From positions 51,615 to 115,614 of the forward strand of contig CAZMBE010000004.1 in NCBI GenBank assembly GCA_964564625.1: a DNA stretch of 64,000 bases, in the 5' to 3' direction. The translations under genes and the position numbers were made by a program. Positions 63,334-64,000 of the stretch are shown piece after piece; the first letter of the stretch is position 1; every line of letters starts with the position of its first letter. Source of the stretch: an uncultured Syntrophaceae bacterium (GTDB taxonomy: Bacteria; Desulfobacterota; Syntrophia; Syntrophales; UBA2185). The notes under the pieces are model-generated. The model saw nothing but the letters and a program-made list of their open reading frames with translations. It was not told where the DNA came from and did no database searches.

Positions 63334-64000
63334 ATGAATGTTATAATCGCTGGTGGCGGAACAGGAGGGCACCTTTTCCCGGGGATTGCTATTGCGGAAG
63401 AATTTTTGAAAAGGGATCGCGCACACAACATCCTCTTCATTGGTACCGAGAGAGGTCTGGAAAAAAGAATCCTTGGGGACCTGGGACTTCCTCTTCACAC
63501 CCTTGCCGTGGAAGGAATAAAGGGAAAGGGTATCTATAAAAGTCTCAGCGCATTACTGAAGATTCCGGGAAGCTTGATTGAATCCTACAAGATGATCCGT
63601 GAGTGTGGACCGGATATCGTTATCGGCGTGGGAGGCTATGCCTCGGGACCGACAGTTATGGCGGCACATTTCATGGGTATCAAGACGGCTATTGCCGAAC
63701 AGAATGCACTGCCGGGTGTTACTAACAGAATTCTCGGAAACTTTGTCGACGGGATCTTTCTCACCTTCCCGGAAACAAAAAAGTGTTTCCCTGAAAAAAA
63801 AACTATCGTTACGGGAAATCCTATCAGATCAGGTTTTTTTACAGAGACACATATCCCCAAAAATGCGGGTGGCACGTTCACTCTCCTTATTTTTGGAGGA
63901 AGCCAGGGCGCCCACAGCATAAATATGGCAATCCTCAATGCCCTCCCCTATCTGTCAGAAATTAAAGCAGCGCTGAAGATCATTCATCAGACTGGTGATA
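63334..64000 (+). CDS. murG: UDP-N-acetylglucosamine--N-acetylmuramyl-(pentapeptide) pyrophosphoryl-undecaprenol GlcNAc transferase MurG, N-terminal 222 codons (truncated by the window end)
   Basis: Own translation from the ATG at 63334 reads MNVIIAGGGTGGHLFPGIAIAEEFLKRDRAHNILFIGTERGLEKRIL...VIGVGGYASGPTVMAAHFMGIKTAIAEQNALPGVTNRIL...LLIFGGSQGAHSIN. The frame is open to the window end. It is absent from the ORF track because it runs off the edge. Confidence 0.92.
   Translation, partial: MNVIIAGGGTGGHLFPGIAIAEEFLKRDRAHNILFIGTERGLEKRILGDLGLPLHTLAVEGIKGKGIYKSLSALLKIPGSLIESYKMIRECGPDIVIGVGGYASGPTVMAAHFMGIKTAIAEQNALPGVTNRILGNFVDGIFLTFPETKKCFPEKKTIVTGNPIRSGFFTETHIPKNAGGTFTLLIFGGSQGAHSINMAILNALPYLSEIKAALKIIHQTGD

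Noticed and set aside
1-64000. Scan for CRISPR arrays, transposases or integrases, rRNA and prophage-like blocks
   Set aside because: None was seen. The repeats found are limited to the intragenic duplication (11.45-12.87 kb), a 45-nt tandem repeat with two copies, short hairpins and one long inverted repeat. All large ORFs have ordinary chromosomal functions.

Overview
This is a 64-kb chromosomal window from an AT-rich, flagellated diderm bacterium, judged from the Tol-Pal system and many lipobox lipoproteins. The lineage cannot be assigned without a database search. All calls come from reading the supplied translations and the DNA by eye; no homology search was run.

**Layout**
- 1-20.7 kb, minus strand: a flagellar export, basal-body and hook super-cluster in the same order as the Bacillus subtilis fla/che operon. 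The order is flgB-flgC-fliE-fliF-fliG-fliH-fliI-fliJ-ylxF-like, then fliK-flgD-flgE, then fliL-fliM-fliN-fliO-fliP-fliQ-fliR-flhB-flhA. flhA runs off the 5' edge of the window.
- 20.9-27.5 kb: a TPR protein, PAS histidine kinase and sigma-54 response regulator operon, followed by a second sigma-54 activator.
- 27.7-31.9 kb: a sigma-28-type promoter driving a 71-aa ORF and a REC-GAF-HD-GYP regulator, then an MgtE_N-SPOR fusion protein and a bactofilin.
- 32-36 kb: envelope genes.
- 36.5-41.4 kb: tolQRAB-pal-ybgF.
- 41.5-44.2 kb: epmB-efp-epmA.
- 44.4-51 kb: a degenerate GGDEF protein, an eRF1-like protein, a CDF transporter and selB-fdhD.
- 51.3 kb to the end: ruvX, mltG, and the dcw cluster from mraZ to murG (murG truncated at the 3' edge).

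**Most unusual region**
A 2.8-kb self-contained module (about 10.96-13.76 kb) is wedged between the ylxF-like gene and fliK. It encodes an internally duplicated secreted protein with beta/gamma-crystallin-like repeats. It has its own sigma-70-like promoter, a leader terminator that could mark a riboswitch or an sRNA, a 25-bp long-range inverted repeat, and two downstream terminators.

Four well-spaced sigma-54 promoters partition the flagellar cluster. No CRISPR array, transposase, rRNA gene or tRNA gene was seen.
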